Positions 25,040 through 38,710 are shown, counted from the whole stretch's first letter. The stretch is DNA of 62,982 bases, filler included, from Hausera hauseri (GCA_046269625.1; 13 parts of 13 records of this genome joined end to end with filler, not necessarily neighbours in it); one strand, 5' to 3'. Numbers and translations: made by a program. Notes: generated by a model from the sequence alone, not told the origin.

Positions 25040-25156
25040 ATGTAAGGAATTTTATGGAAAAGGACAAATTATTATAGCAGTTGGCAACCGAGATGGTTTA
25101 TTTTGCCAGATGGCATATTTTCGTATTATCGGAGTGAAGAAAAAGCAATAGTTAGG
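25040..25156 (+). pseudogene. FAPP/OSBP-type PH domain N-terminal fragment
   Basis: M*GILWKRTNYYSSWQPRWFILPDGIFSYYRSEE versus FAPP [30 protein letters not shown]; codon 2 is a stop. Confidence 0.8.
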
Positions 25157-25399
25157 TTTATATTCAAATTATCTTATTCATGCTGGCCCTAAAGACTATA
25201 TTATAATGTACATAGATTTTATATATAGACGTTTTGATTTTGGATAAATACGTTGTTAAAATTTTAAATTGAATTTAAAAAATAGACATGTGTTTGTCAG
25301 TCTGTTTCTTGTGGATTCATTTATTTTATTTTGTGGATTTATTTATCTCCTTTTATTCGTTAATCATTAGATTTATATTATACTAGCGTAATGACAGAC

Positions 25400-26210
25400 T
25401 TAAAGCTATTATCTCTAAAGACTGCAAAGAACTTACGGTACATATTACCAACCTAAAGCCCGCCTTCTTCGTCAATGACACTGCACCAATCGACACGTCA
25501 ACCCCTTTGCTCACTCCTACGCTTCCTCCTCTTCCTATTTCTATCGCTACACCTGTTCCACCTCCTCTTTTTGCTCCTAGTTCTGCTTCATCATCTTCCG
25601 CGCCTTCTCCTTCTGTTCCTATCTGTCTTCTATATCTATCACTACCTCTGTTTCATCTTCTACGTCTACTATTTTGCCTAATACATTTCCAATTTCCACG
25701 CCAACTTTCGTCTTTTCTCCTTCATCCGCTACTTCACCTTTTGTCACTCCTTCGTCTTCCAACACTTTCTTGAATACCTTTAACCATCCGTCTCCAACAA
25801 TCTTTCTCCCTCCTTGACCGTTTTCTTCTCTTCATTCTGACTCGTCTATGCACGACACAACACTAACAACAAAATCTTGCAATTTTTTCCCAACTTCAAC
25901 CTCTGCAAACAAACACATCTCATACAGACAAAACACGCGTAGTCACATTTAGCATGTATAGCAGGGACAAATCAATAGAAGGCTCCCAACGTCTTGTTCA
26001 AACTAAGACCAACTGACACAGGCACTTTTCGTTTATCGATTTTTTCTTTCCGTCTATTTTGATCTTTATAGTATTCACTTTTCCACGGGGGGGGGTTGAT
26101 GTGGTGCCCACGGTGGCCGGTGCACTTTGGCCTATTTAGTCTGGCGCGTTCGGGCGTCCGTTGCCGCCGCATCGGGCCCATAGTCGGGCCCGATCTTCCG
26201 CCTCGAAAAT
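25400..26210 (+). mobile_element. Second Gypsy 3' end: integrase tail, PPT and LTR head
   Basis: HITNLKPAFFVND, an S/P-rich linker, KTRVVTFSMY...TKTN*, a G-run PPT at 26087-26099 and TGTGGTGCC at 26100. Confidence 0.85.
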
Positions 26211-26947
26211 TTCTATATCTAAAGTTTTATGTATTTCTCATATTGAATTTCAAAAGTATTAAATTTGTCACTAATTTCAAACAAGTGAAACTTCAGGCAA
26301 TTTGCTTTTTACGTAGTGGGCAAAGATTATTCAGGTACAAATTTGTTCTACGTATTTCAGAACAATTATACAAATTTCTGTTAGTGGATGTCAATGTGCT
26401 GAAATTGTGTTTCGAGCATACATCAGATGTACCCGTTTTGGAATCGCTAGTTTTCAAATTGTTTAGACTAAACGAAACTTTCCTTGAAGACAATTTTGAC
26501 AAAATATTCTACTGCGGATCTCTGCAGTTAACTGTCGTAACATCATATTGTTGTAAAACTCTACTGTCATCTGAGAAACACATCGCTTTTAATATTTTTC
26601 ACGTTTTGGACATGCTTATGCAAAGTATAAAAGATCACGATTTGGAAACAATCGAACATTTCACTGATACCTCTTTGGATATCATTAAAAATAAAATCCT
26701 GATCTAAGAAAGGTTTTGCTAAAAATTATTTAGGCTATTTTTATATCTAAGCCTGTTTTTCAAGAAGCGATAGTATGGCTAAAGATTGTATCAACGNNNN
26801 NNNNNNNNNNNNNNNNNNNNNNNNNNNNNNNNNNNNNNNNTTAATTAATTAANNNNNNNNNNNNNNNNNNNNNNNNNNNNNNNNNNNNNNNNNNNNATAA
26901 TTATACTACTACCAATCATAATCTACTGCTCTAAGATAAGACGTAGA

Positions 26948-28714
26948 ATGCGCAAGACCCAAAATATTATACAGCAATTAAAATTATTAAGGGAAGGACC
27001 CCAAGATGAGGATTTAATTGATGATACAAGCGCACCCCCTCAAGCTGATAAGCTATCAAACTTTAAACGGCAATCTAAACCGTCAATGAACGTTGCACTA
27101 TATATGTGCACACATATGAAAAATAAGGCTGCAAATTTCTTAGCGACCTACAAAAATAACTATGATAAATTTCAGGCTGCAAAGCTTTATGCAACCTATC
27201 ATAAAATTATTTTCAAAAAATTTCCATGGTTATTATTGATGTGTTTTCTTTTAGTCCAAGAAGGTGCCGAAACAGTAGAGAGGGCCAAGTCCTTCTACTA
27301 CAACATATCCTCCAATTTGGAATCGACTCAACAAAAAGACTATATATACTACGCCAAAGCCTCACTCATACCGAACAACCTAAAGGGACATCTCGTGACA
27401 CAGAGAGCAGGATTGATTATAAAATTACCCAACACAACAACTACACTATCAGATTTGATAGACCTATCTACAAAAACAACATCTGTTTATTTATCAGTCA
27501 TCAAGGCTAGTTTGCAGCTAAAAAGTAGAAGTCACCGAAACAATATGACGGACAAGATGGACATTACACCTTTTTCCACTATTCGAATCGACCAACGTCT
27601 ATATAAAAATGCAACTATCACTTTGCGAACCTTCGGAGGACCTAGTCCTATAATATACATTGAGGTTACCCGACGAGAAACTATACCTCGCCCAGAGTAT
27701 GACACACCAATTTATAACCTACCTCTACCCCATAAAACACAATTGGAAATCGGATGTTCTTTTTCCAGAGTACCCACAGTTCCTCGAAATAAAGTCGTAG
27801 TTTTGTCTACTAATGTTGCCTATCTAATGAAAAGCAACCAGTCAGCAGCGACTCTCACAGAAATTACAATCATGGACTTGGATGGAAACATCATCTTTGA
27901 TCAGCTTGTTGTCCCTCGAGATCGTGTTGACAATTACAACACTCAAATAACAGGAATCAGAGAATCAGACCTAGTCGGCCAAGCCGACCAATATCAGATT
28001 TGGCCTACAATCCGATACCAATTAGTAGGAAAAATGATCGTTGGACTGACCGTATTCAACACTAACTTTCAAATCGCCCTTTTCAATATGGATCAAATAA
28101 TGGGCATTCGCGACTTATTTTATAATGAATCTATTAACCCAAACCAAATATTAACTCAAAAACAAATCTTCCTCAAATACAATAATATTAAGTATCCCAT
28201 GAGAACCAAAGAAAAGGCCTTCGTTTTACTAAAAATGTACAATACCCTTGAAGAATACCACAATGAAAAACCAGGTGTAAAGTCTACACCAATTATACGT
28301 CAAGTTCCAAATCAACTTCTTGAATCACCTATTCCTTGTCTCAGTAACATTTCGTCGGAATCTATGGATATTGATCCTCAATCAACAGACATTATAGCTA
28401 CCTCATCATTAGAACTCCCTTCTAATTTTGATAAACTTTCTAACACAGATGATCAACCAGAAGAACCAATTCCTTCTACATCAACTTTGTTTATTATGCC
28501 CGATAAAACGATAACGACAGATCCAAAGAGGAAAAGGAAGAAGATTCCGAAAGAAGAAACGATTACCCTGAAACTCAGATTTAAAAAAAGAGGCCAATGG
28601 CGTTGCTACGAATCTTCTTCCTATCGGTTAGAAAATGGCACCCTTGAAACCTACCCAGCAATGCTGCGGACAGCATTGTCTGAGGAGGGGGTTGTTGACA
28701 AAATTGACAATTGA
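26948..28714 (+). CDS. Intronless 588-aa protein with a REX4/ISG20-like DEDDh exonuclease fold lacking the catalytic residues
   Basis: KVVVLSTNV...LTEITIMDLDGNIIFDQLVVPRDRVDNYNTQITGIRESDL...LVGKMIVGL...IRDL aligns by eye to REX4/ISG20. ExoI DxE reads SxN and VGH reads VGL. Basic PKRKRKK NLS-like motif. Confidence 0.75.
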   Translation: MRKTQNIIQQLKLLREGPQDEDLIDDTSAPPQADKLSNFKRQSKPSMNVALYMCTHMKNKAANFLATYKNNYDKFQAAKLYATYHKIIFKKFPWLLLMCFLLVQEGAETVERAKSFYYNISSNLESTQQKDYIYYAKASLIPNNLKGHLVTQRAGLIIKLPNTTTTLSDLIDLSTKTTSVYLSVIKASLQLKSRSHRNNMTDKMDITPFSTIRIDQRLYKNATITLRTFGGPSPIIYIEVTRRETIPRPEYDTPIYNLPLPHKTQLEIGCSFSRVPTVPRNKVVVLSTNVAYLMKSNQSAATLTEITIMDLDGNIIFDQLVVPRDRVDNYNTQITGIRESDLVGQADQYQIWPTIRYQLVGKMIVGLTVFNTNFQIALFNMDQIMGIRDLFYNESINPNQILTQKQIFLKYNNIKYPMRTKEKAFVLLKMYNTLEEYHNEKPGVKSTPIIRQVPNQLLESPIPCLSNISSESMDIDPQSTDIIATSSLELPSNFDKLSNTDDQPEEPIPSTSTLFIMPDKTITTDPKRKRKKIPKEETITLKLRFKKRGQWRCYESSSYRLENGTLETYPAMLRTALSEEGVVDKIDN

Positions 28715-28739
28715 CGGTGAATCGAACAGAATTTTTGAC

Positions 28740-28822
28740 CTTATTTATGTGATCAAATTTAACAATTGTACTGATCTTATTTATGTGACTAACAATTACA
28801 CTGTTCTTATTTATGTGATCAA
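28740..28822. repeat. Three direct repeats of CTTATTTATGTGA (about 30-36 bp spacing)
   Basis: Seen at 28740, 28776 and 28806, directly after the stop codon of the 588-aa ORF. Confidence 0.9.
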
Positions 28823-30458
28823 CTGTATTTAAATTTAATCGTCTGTCTTTAATTATCTGTTTTGCCATTTTGCCTTAATCTTCATACGAATTTGTTTGGA
28901 ATTTTTAATTTTATTTGGAATTTTTAATTTTGTTGACCACTTTGCAAAAGGGTATATAAACCCACTACGTGCTAATATCTACACAGATTCTTCATCATGC
29001 ATATTGGTTACTATACTCGTGAGTCTTTTTGTTTTGTTATCTTTCTATCATATTGTAGTTTTGTGTAATATTTTGTTTTATTATTACTTCATATTTAATT
29101 TCATTAAAGTTTTAAGAGTATACTTAGTTATTGGTTTTCGCAATTAGTATCTTCTATAACAATATAAATAACTGTATACTAATAAGGTTTTATTATTAGA
29201 ATACCAAATAAAAGGGCCCTATTTCTTTTACGGACATAAAAATCCGTACAAATCTAAACTCATTTAAAATCTGGGAAAGACACCAGTGTTCCTCCTGGTG
29301 ATCGAGTTCACGAATATATTAATTCTATTTCTAGGCCGACCCCACAGGCGGCTTCTAAGAATAAATAAATTATCTTGGTTCGCGGAGACATACCTCGAAC
29401 TACCTCCACTGATCAAAGTAAGAATAAGTTTGAGGTTTAAGAACCCAAACTTCTAAAAATCCAATTTTATCGAATTTCTTTTATCTCAAACTTATCAGAT
29501 TCATATTATTGCACTTATCTATAGGACCATCATTCGATGTTGCACTACTTTTCTGTCCATGTTTTGCAATTCTGGTAGTTACTGGGAGAAAATTGTTTGC
29601 GACGCTCTTAGTACAAAGGACGTAAAGATGAATTTAAATATTCAATTGGAATGTAAAATATGGTTAAAGTTTTCTGATTGAAATTTCATAAATCAAAACT
29701 TTGAGAAAAGGCTAGCGAAAAATAATAAGCGTGTACCTATTATGTAACGACATATTTTACTATTTAAGGATGAAATTCTCACTAATAACCTGTGCAGAGG
29801 CCGAAACATGACGTGAAATTAAAATTTTAAAACAGAGTTTCCGTTTTTTATAATTCTTACTTAATTTTTAATATAATAATTAACTTCTAATCCCTTTTAA
29901 AAACCGAGAATTATAATAGACAACGATAAGTCGAATAAAAATGCAGTGCCCACTTCTTGTTAATCGAGAATATCATGAATATTTGAAATAAACTCTTGCC
30001 ATATTTGCAAAAAATCCAATGGATAGAGAAAATGTTTTACAAAACCGGTTTAGATCATCGACTTTTGAGAATTTCAGAAAATTAAAAGACGAAGGAGATG
30101 GACGAAATGAAATGAAAATCTATTTAATTTATCTGCTTTTTATTAAGTTAATTTTGTCGAATTGTTGTAAAGGAAAGTGGATATGATTCTGTCATTGTCA
30201 ATTAAATCATCTCTATTTTGGTAGTTAGTTTGATACTTAAGATTTATTAAAAAACCAATAAATATTTGTTGAAGAGATTTCTTGAATTGCATTTATCCAA
30301 ATATCAGTGCAGTCATAGGAAATTTGAGTTACGATTTGGACTGAAAAACGACTATTAATGTTACTTTATAATCGAGTTATAATTTTAACTATTTAAGAGG
30401 TTTTGTAATACGTTATGTGACATTATACTATAATATTACACAATACATTGATAATATT

Positions 30459-30858
30459 GGGCTGTTTGAAAAGTCCCGGACTTGAGTAATAAAAGAGCAT
30501 CTTTTTGAGAAAATTTACATTTATTTTTCAACACAGTTGCTGTCCAATTCGATATACTCATTTCAATGAGTTTCTAATAGCTTGAAGCCTTTTTATAGTA
30601 GTCTGTATTCAATTCCTCGAAATAGGCATTTGTTTCGGCAATAACATCTTCATTTGGACAAAATCTTCGGCCAGATAGCCACCTTTTCAAATTTGGTCAG
30701 ATAATAATCGCAGGGTGCCAAATTTGGAGAATACGGGGGATGGGGAAGCAATTTATAGACCATTTCAGTCAATTTGGTTGTCGCATTAATTGCCTTATGT
30801 GCCGGTCGAATAGATCGATCAATTAATTCACTGTAATATTACGCAGTAAATTGCCATA
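30459..30858 (-). mobile_element. mariner transposon 3' part with probable TIR
   Basis: LLPHPPYSPNLAPCDYYL...SNEDVIAETNAYFEEL; frameshifted; GGGCTGTTTGAAAAGTCCCGG at the end. Confidence 0.9.
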
Positions 30859-30958
30859 NNNNNNNNNNNNNNNNNNNNNNNNNNNNNNNNNNNNNNNNNN
30901 NNTTAATTAATTAANNNNNNNNNNNNNNNNNNNNNNNNNNNNNNNNNNNNNNNNNNNN

Positions 30959-33900
30959 CGAACGAAAGAACGGACGATCGAAAAAAAGAAAGAACGAATG
31001 AACCAAGGAAACAACGAACCAAATAACGAACAAACGAACGAACGAACGAACGAACGAATGAACAAACGAACGAACGAACGAAGGAAAGAACGAAAGACCG
31101 ACGAAAGAACAAACGAACCAAGGAAACAACGAACCAATTAACGAAGAAACGAACGAACGAACGAAAGAACCAACGAACGAACGAATGAACGAACAAACGA
31201 ACGAACGAACGAACGAAAGTACGAAAGACCGACGAAAGAACGAACGAACCAAGGAAACAACGAACCAATTAACGAAGAAACGAACGAACGAACGAAAGAA
31301 CCAACGAAAGAACCAACGAACGAACGAACGAAAGAACGAAAGACCGAAGAAAGAACGAACTAACCAAGGAAACAACGAACCAAATAACGAACAAACGAAC
31401 GAACGAACAAAAGAACGAACGAAAGAACCAACGAACGAACGAATGAACAAACGAACGAACGAACGAACGAAAGAACGAAAGACCGACGAAAAAACGAACG
31501 AACCAAGGAAACAATGAACCAATTAACGAAGAAACGAACGAACGAACGAAAGAAAGAAAGAACGAACGAAAGAATGAAGGAACGAACGAAAGAAAGAAAG
31601 AAGAAATGAAAGAACAAACGAATGAAAGAACGACCGAGCGAAGGAACGAAGGAAAGAACGAAGGAACGAACGAAAGAACGGACGATCGAAGAAAAGAAAG
31701 AACGAAGGAACCAAGGAAACAACGAACCAAATAACGAACAAACGAACGAACGAACGAAAGAACGAACAAAAGAACCAACGAACGAACGAATGAACAAACG
31801 AACGAACGAACGAACGAAAGAACGAAAGACCGACGAATGAACGAACGAACCAAGGAAACAATGAACCAATTAACGAAGAAACGAACGAACGAACGAAAGA
31901 ACGAACGAAAGAACGAACGAACGAACGAACGAAAGAAAGAACGAAAGACCGAAGAAAGAACGACCGAACTAAAGAAACAACGAACCAATGAAAGAACAAA
32001 CGATCGAACGAACGAACGAACGAAGGAACAAACCTGGAAGGAACAAAGGAACGAATGAACGAACGAACGAAACAACCAACTAACGAAGGAACAAAGGAAC
32101 AAAGGAACGAACGATCTAATGAACGAAGGAAAGAAAGAACGAAAGAGCGATCGAACGAGCGAAAGAAGGAATGGACGATCAAACGAAAGAACGAACGAAC
32201 GAACGAAAGAACGAACAAATGAACGAAAGAATGAACGAACGAATGACAGGAATAACGAATGAAGAAAGGAAGGAACGAAAGAGCGAATGAAGGAACGAAC
32301 GAACGAGCGCAAGAACAAACGAACGAACGAACGAGCGAACTAATGTACCAAAGAAAGAAAGAACGAACGAACGAACGAAGGACCGAACGTGCGAACGATC
32401 GAAGGAACGAACGAAGGAACGCACAAACGAACGAAAGAACGAAAGAAAGAACGAACGAATGAACGAACGAATGTACAAACGAATGAAGGAACGAACGAAC
32501 GATCGAACAAAAGAAAGAAACAACGAACGAAAGAACGAAGGAACGAACGAACGAACAAAAGAAGAACGAAAAAGCGATCGAACGAACGAAAGAAGAAATG
32601 GACGAACGAACGAAAGAACAAATAAAAGAAAGAACAAACGAACGAAAGAATGATCGAACGAACGAAAGGAAGAAAGAATGAAGAAAGGAAGAAACGAAGG
32701 AGCGAATGAAGGAACGAACAAACGAGCACAAGAACGAACGAACGAAGGAACAAATCTCAAAGGTACAAAGGAACGAATGAACGAACGAACGAACGAAAGA
32801 ACGAAATACCGACGAAAGAACGAACGAACCAAGTAAACAACGAACCAATTAACGAACAAACGAACGAACGAACGAAAGAACGAACGAAAGAACCAACGGA
32901 CGAATGAACGAACGAACGAACGAACGAACGAAGGAACAAACCTCGAAGGAACAAAGGAATGAATGAACGAACGAACGAATGAACGAAAGAACCAACAAAC
33001 GAAGGAACAAAGGAACGAAGGAACGAACGATCGAATGAACGAAGGAAAGAAAGAACGAAAGAGCGATCGAACGAACGAAAGAAGGAATGGACGAACGAAC
33101 GAAAGAACGAACGAACGAACGAAAGAACGAACAAACGAACGAAAGAACGAAGGACCGAACGTACGAACGATTGAAGGAACGAACGAAGGAACGCACGAAC
33201 GAACGAAAGAACGAAAGAAAGAACGAACGAATGAACGAACGAATGTACGAACGAATGAAGGAACGAACAAACGATCGAACGAAAGAAAGAACGAACGAAT
33301 GACCGAACGAATGTACGAACAAATGAAGGAACTAACGAAAGATCGAACGAAAGAAAGAACGAACGAACGAAGGAACGAAGGAACAAACCTCAAAGGAACG
33401 AAGGAACGAACGAACGAACGATGAAACCAACGAAAGAACGAACGAACGAACGATCGAACGAAAGAAAGAAGGAACGAACGAAGGAACGAAGGAACAAACC
33501 TCGAAGGAACAAAGGAACGAACGAACGAACGATGAAACCAACGAAAGAACAAACGAACGAACGAACGAGCGAACTAATGTACCAAAGAAAAAAAGAACGA
33601 ACGAACGAACGAACGAACGAAGGACCAAACGTACGAACGATCGAAGGAACGAACGAAGGAACGCAAGAACGAACGAAAGAACGAACGAACGAACGATCGA
33701 ACGAACGAAGGAAGGAACAAACCTCGAAGGATCAAAGGAACGAACGAACGAACGAACGAACAAACAAACGAACGAACGAACGATCAAACGAAAGAAAGAA
33801 CGAACAAACGAACGAACGAACGAACGAAAGAACGAACGAAGGATCGAACGAATGAACGATCGAATGAACGAACGAACGAACGATCAAACGAACGAAAGAA

Positions 33901-34857
33901 GGAACGGACGTACGGATGAACGAACAAACGAATGAACAAACGAACGAAGGATCCAACGAATGAGCGAACGAACGAACGAACGAACGAAGGAACAAGCCTC
34001 GATGGATAAAAGGAAGGAAGGAACGAAGGAACGAAGGAACCAACGAAAGAACGAAAGAACGAACGAACGAACGAACAAAGGAAGGAAGAAACCTCGAAGG
34101 AACAAAGGAACGAACGGACGGACGAACGAACGAACGTACGAACGAAAGAACGAAAGACCGACGAAAAAACGAACGAACCAAGGAAACAACGAACCAAATA
34201 ACGAACAAACGAACGAACGAACGAAAGAACGAACGAAAGAACCAACAAACGAAAGAACGAAGGAACGAACGAACGAACAAAAGAAAGAACGAAAGAGCGA
34301 TCGAACGAACGAAAGAAGAAATGGACGAAAGAACGAAAGAACGAACGAAAGAAAGAACAAACGAACGAAAGAATGAACGAACAAAAGAAAGGAAGAAAGA
34401 ATGAAGAAAGGAAGGAACGAAGGAGCGAATAAAGGAAAGAAAAAACGAGCGCAAGAACGAACGAACGAAGAAACAAACCTCGAAGGAACAAAGGAACGAA
34501 TGAACGAACGAACGAACGAACGAACGAACGAAAGAACAAACAAAGGAAGGAAGAAACCTCGAAGGAACAAAGGAACGAACGGACGAAAGAACGAACGAAC
34601 TATTGAAAGAACCAACAAACGAAGGAAAGAAGGATCGACGGAATGAATGAACGAATGAACGAAGGAAAGAAAGAATGGAAGAAGGATGGAACGAACGAAA
34701 GTAGGAACGGACGAACGGGCTAACGAACAAACGAACTAAGGAACGAACGAACGAACGAACGAGGGAACTAAAAAAAGAACAAACGAGAGAACGAAAGAAC
34801 GACCGAACGAAGTAAAGAACAAACGAACGAACGAAGGAACGAACGAATGACCGAACG
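30959..34857. repeat. (GAAC)n-derived satellite with higher-order units
   Basis: The whole contig is GAAC/GAAA/GAAG tetramers with recurrent landmarks such as GAACCAAGGAAACAACGAACCAA and AAACCTCGAAGGAACAAAGG. Confidence 0.97.
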
Positions 34858-34957
34858 NNNNNNNNNNNNNNNNNNNNNNNNNNNNNNNNNNNNNNNNNNN
34901 NTTAATTAATTAANNNNNNNNNNNNNNNNNNNNNNNNNNNNNNNNNNNNNNNNNNNN

Positions 34958-37571
34958 TAGTCAAAAATCCATTCGTTGATATTTTGTATCGTACAAAAAA
35001 TTCGAATGGTTCTGTAGTTAACTTGATGATTTTGGAGAATGATGAACACTTTCACTATGTTGCTGTACCCAATCTAAATCGGCTGTTGAACGTTCGATCT
35101 AAAAGCATATGAATTCAATGTAAACATTGGTGTAAAAATGTTTGCATGGTTTTAGGCTTGATACTGCTTATGTTAAGCATTTACCAATGTGCAATTCTTC
35201 TGCCAAGTTTATGAATTTATACAAAATGCCAGAAAATAAGTTCTATGAGTTTAAAAACTGGTCAAAATCTATTAGTCTTCCTTTTGTTGTATATGCCGAC
35301 TTTGAATCTGTTCTTTGTCCTGATGAAAAGGTTAAGCATATTCATTTACCTGCTGAAGCCGGTCTTTAGCTAATTTCATCAACAAGTATTGAATACAGTT
35401 TGTTGGTAAAAATGCTATAGTCAAACAGTGAAAAACGTAGTTTTTCCTTTCTATCAGAATGCCAAAAAGCCCATGATTCCTTTAACATCTGATGAATGGT
35501 CTTGTTTCAAAAATGCTATAGAATGTTACCCCTGTCATGAAACCGCTTCGCAATTTGTTAGAGATCACTGCCATGTTTCAGGTAAATTCTTAGGTCCTGC
35601 ATGCAATAAATGTAACTTAGCTCGTAAGATTAGATATAATTTGCATGTTATTTTCCATAGTTTTCGTGGATATGATCTCCATCATATCTTGAAACATGCA
35701 TTGAGTAAATTCAAAAGATGAAACTTGAACGTGATTCCACAAACAACAGAGAAATTTTTAACCATGCGGGCAAATATACAATGTTCATGTAAAAAGTCTG
35801 TCTCCGATTTCTAGACTCGTTGCAATTTTTGCCGGAATCACTTAAAACTTTGGCTTCAAAATTAGATAACTACCCATTAACTGAAACGGCTTTTCCTTCT
35901 GACATCATTAAGGGAAAAGGAACTTTTTCATATACTGCAGCCAAATCTTTCAATGACTTGCAGTTAATTAAGGACTTACCGGCAAAATGGGATGGTGTTA
36001 GTGACAGTGATTATGAGGAAACACAACTGGTTTGGTCAAAATACAGTTGTAGCTCACTTTTGGATTACATGTTGGTATGTGATGCTCGACGTCTACTTGT
36101 TAGGCGATGGCTTTAAACGGTTTAGACAGGAGGTTAAGTTGCAGGATGGTTTAGAAGCCGTTAACTTTGTCTCAATTCCAGGTTTAAGCTGGGCAACAGC
36201 ACTGAAAACCAGTCCTTGTAAGATTGAGCTTATCCAGGATCATGAGATGTATCAGTTCTTTCAGTCAGGTATTCGCGGTGGCATGACTTTTGTAAATAAG
36301 CATGGGATTGTCTCTAATGAAAGCACGAGTATTTTGTATATAGACGTAAATAATTTATATGGCTGGGCTTTATCACAACCACTACCATTTGCGAATTTGA
36401 CTTGGATTTACGATGAGGACGTCTTGGCCAGTCTGATCGAACAATTACCTTACATTGACTGTGTTAAGTAAAAAAGAGGCTTAGTCTTTAAAGTTGACTT
36501 GAGCATTCCAGCAGACAAACATGATAAGTTAGACCAACTGCCTTTAGCCCCAATCAACAAATGTCCACGCTGTTCAAAAGTAAATAAATTGTTAATGACA
36601 CATGAGCGTAAGTCCAACTATGTTGTTTACTATCGGCTCTTACAGTTGGACATCGAGTTAGGTGCTGTAGTTGAGAATGTGCATCGGGCCGTTGAGCTTG
36701 ACCAAGGCTATGTCTTTAAGTATTACATTGATCTAAATACTGCTAAGAGGGCTGCAGCGAAAAATCATTTTGAAAAAGACTTCTTTAAGCTCAAGAACTA
36801 TAGCTTATATGGTAAAACTGTCGAAAATCTCTTAAAAGGTCAAACTGGAGACTACGTAACAATGCTAATAAGATTGCTACATATGCTAGTAAGGCCCAGT
36901 TTAAAGAGAGTATTATAATAGACGATGATCTTGTTGCTGGTCTCCTTGAAATAGATATGGTCACCTTAAATAGACCCTCATACATCGGCCAGGCTGTACT
37001 TGATTTTTCCAAGTTGAAAATTTATGAACTCAATTACATAGAGTTAGAGTTATATAGGCATCAGTTGAATTGTGAACTAAATGTTGTTGCTGGTGACACT
37101 GACGGTTTCTTTCTTGAGTGTCGTGGTGTAAATTTGCGAATACAGCTCTTAGTGACAATGATAGCAAACGAGCAGTTGGACACTTCTAACTGTGATGCTA
37201 AAGACCCTCTTTATTCTACTTGTGTTGCATCTGTAATTGGGAAATTTAAGGATGAAAGTAAGGGTAGTGCTGAATATCAAGAAGCTATTTTCCTAAAACC
37301 GAAATCATAAGCCCTTAAAACCCAAATCAAACCAGTGCTCATATGCAAGGGTATCAATCTGAAACAAACGGATTTGCACTTTGATAACTACTTGCAAGCA
37401 TATAAAAATGGATGTGGGACAATTGTTGATCAAGAACGGATTGGGACAAAGAATCATCAACTGATGACGATCAGTACCAAAAAGAAAGCTTTGGACCCTT
37501 TTGATGACAAACGACACTGGATATCGAAAAACAAAAGTGTCGAATATGGACATTATTGTACAAATGTGTAA
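34958..37571 (+). pseudogene. Polinton/Maverick protein-primed family B DNA polymerase, fragmented
   Basis: VVYADFES, RDHCHVSGKFLGPACNKCNL, FHSFRGYD, GIRGG, YIDVNNLYGWALSQPLP, FFKLKNYSLYGKTVENL, GDTDG, GKFKDE and FDDKR, spread over several frames. Confidence 0.95.
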
Positions 37572-37949
37572 ATAATTGATTGCTTGTATGTGTTATATTA
37601 ATAAATATTTTGTAAAGACTTCTTTGTATTCTGTTTTGTCATAGCGTACATTTAAATTTTGACAAATTTTGAGAAATTTTATTCACAAGTGACACTTACA
37701 TAGGGTTATTTATATCAACTTTGCAAAATTTAAACAAAGTGGGGGTGGGAATAGTGAAACGCCGACTACGCCAGAAATTCCTTTGTCTACCGAATACTGC
37801 TCTCCCATTTGTCAGTTTTCCTCACCCCGATGACGTGTCCTCTTCTCATTGGCCTGTTTTCCAATTTCCAATGACGTGTTCTCCTCTCATTGGCTTTCTT
37901 CCTTCCCTGAGGGGGGGAGGTGGCATCATATGCTCCCATCTATTTACTA

Positions 37950-38710
37950 GTGGGTATCATGGTAATTTAATTATGAAAATACTGTACAAAACCATCAGCA
38001 AGTTCTACCCAAAAAATGAGTGCAAAGGAGACACAGAAAATATAAAAAATGAAAATTCTTCCAAAATAAGTCCATCAAAGAATTTACTTAATGAAAACAT
38101 TAGGTCCACTTATATATTGAAATTACCATATTCAGATAGCTCTCATATACTTAAAAACAGTATTAATAACTTGATCTCGGATAATTTTATTGATTTAAAA
38201 ATAAGATTCAAAGCAAGAAAAATTATTAATTATTTGAGCAACAAATCGCGAACCTCCAAAGAAATCTTAGCTAACTTGATCTATCAATTTAATTGTCATG
38301 AAGATAATTCTCCATATATAGGAGAGACCTCGCGTCATCTTTACACACTAGGTGGTGAACATTTAAATGGACAAGGTACGATATATGTTTATGACCATAT
38401 TAAGTCATGCAGTAACTGCATTTTGTTAAATGGTAAACAAATAATTTCAAAATTTAAAATTCTAAAATCTAATTTAAGTCATGAAAATGGAAGACAAATT
38501 ACAGATTCTATTTGTATTAAGAAGTTTACTCCAACAATTAATAAATAGACAGATTTTGTGAAGTCCGTTTTTCTATTTAATGATTAAATTACAATTCATT
38601 TACAAGTATTTCACGGATTCGTTCTGCTACAGTTTGACATTGCAATTTATTAGAGAAAAGCGATAGATAAGTTGTTTCTACAACATATTATTTTACTGAT
38701 GATGATGGGT
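37950..38710 (+). mobile_element. Penelope-like element 3' part, GIY-YIG endonuclease
   Basis: LKLPY...NLIYQFNC..YIGETSRHLYT...EH...HIKSC..C..FKIL...I....PTINK. Confidence 0.85.

Noticed and set aside
26096-26707. 203-aa ORF as a real gene
   Set aside because: It starts across the PPT/LTR junction. Only the distal part might be a host fragment, and I cannot assign it.
30903-34730. Many long ORFs (FVRS/NERT-rich, up to 457 aa)
   Set aside because: By-products of the GAAC satellite, which has few stop codons.
30959-34857. CRISPR-like repeat array
   Set aside because: No unique spacers and no cas genes; eukaryotic simple-repeat satellite.
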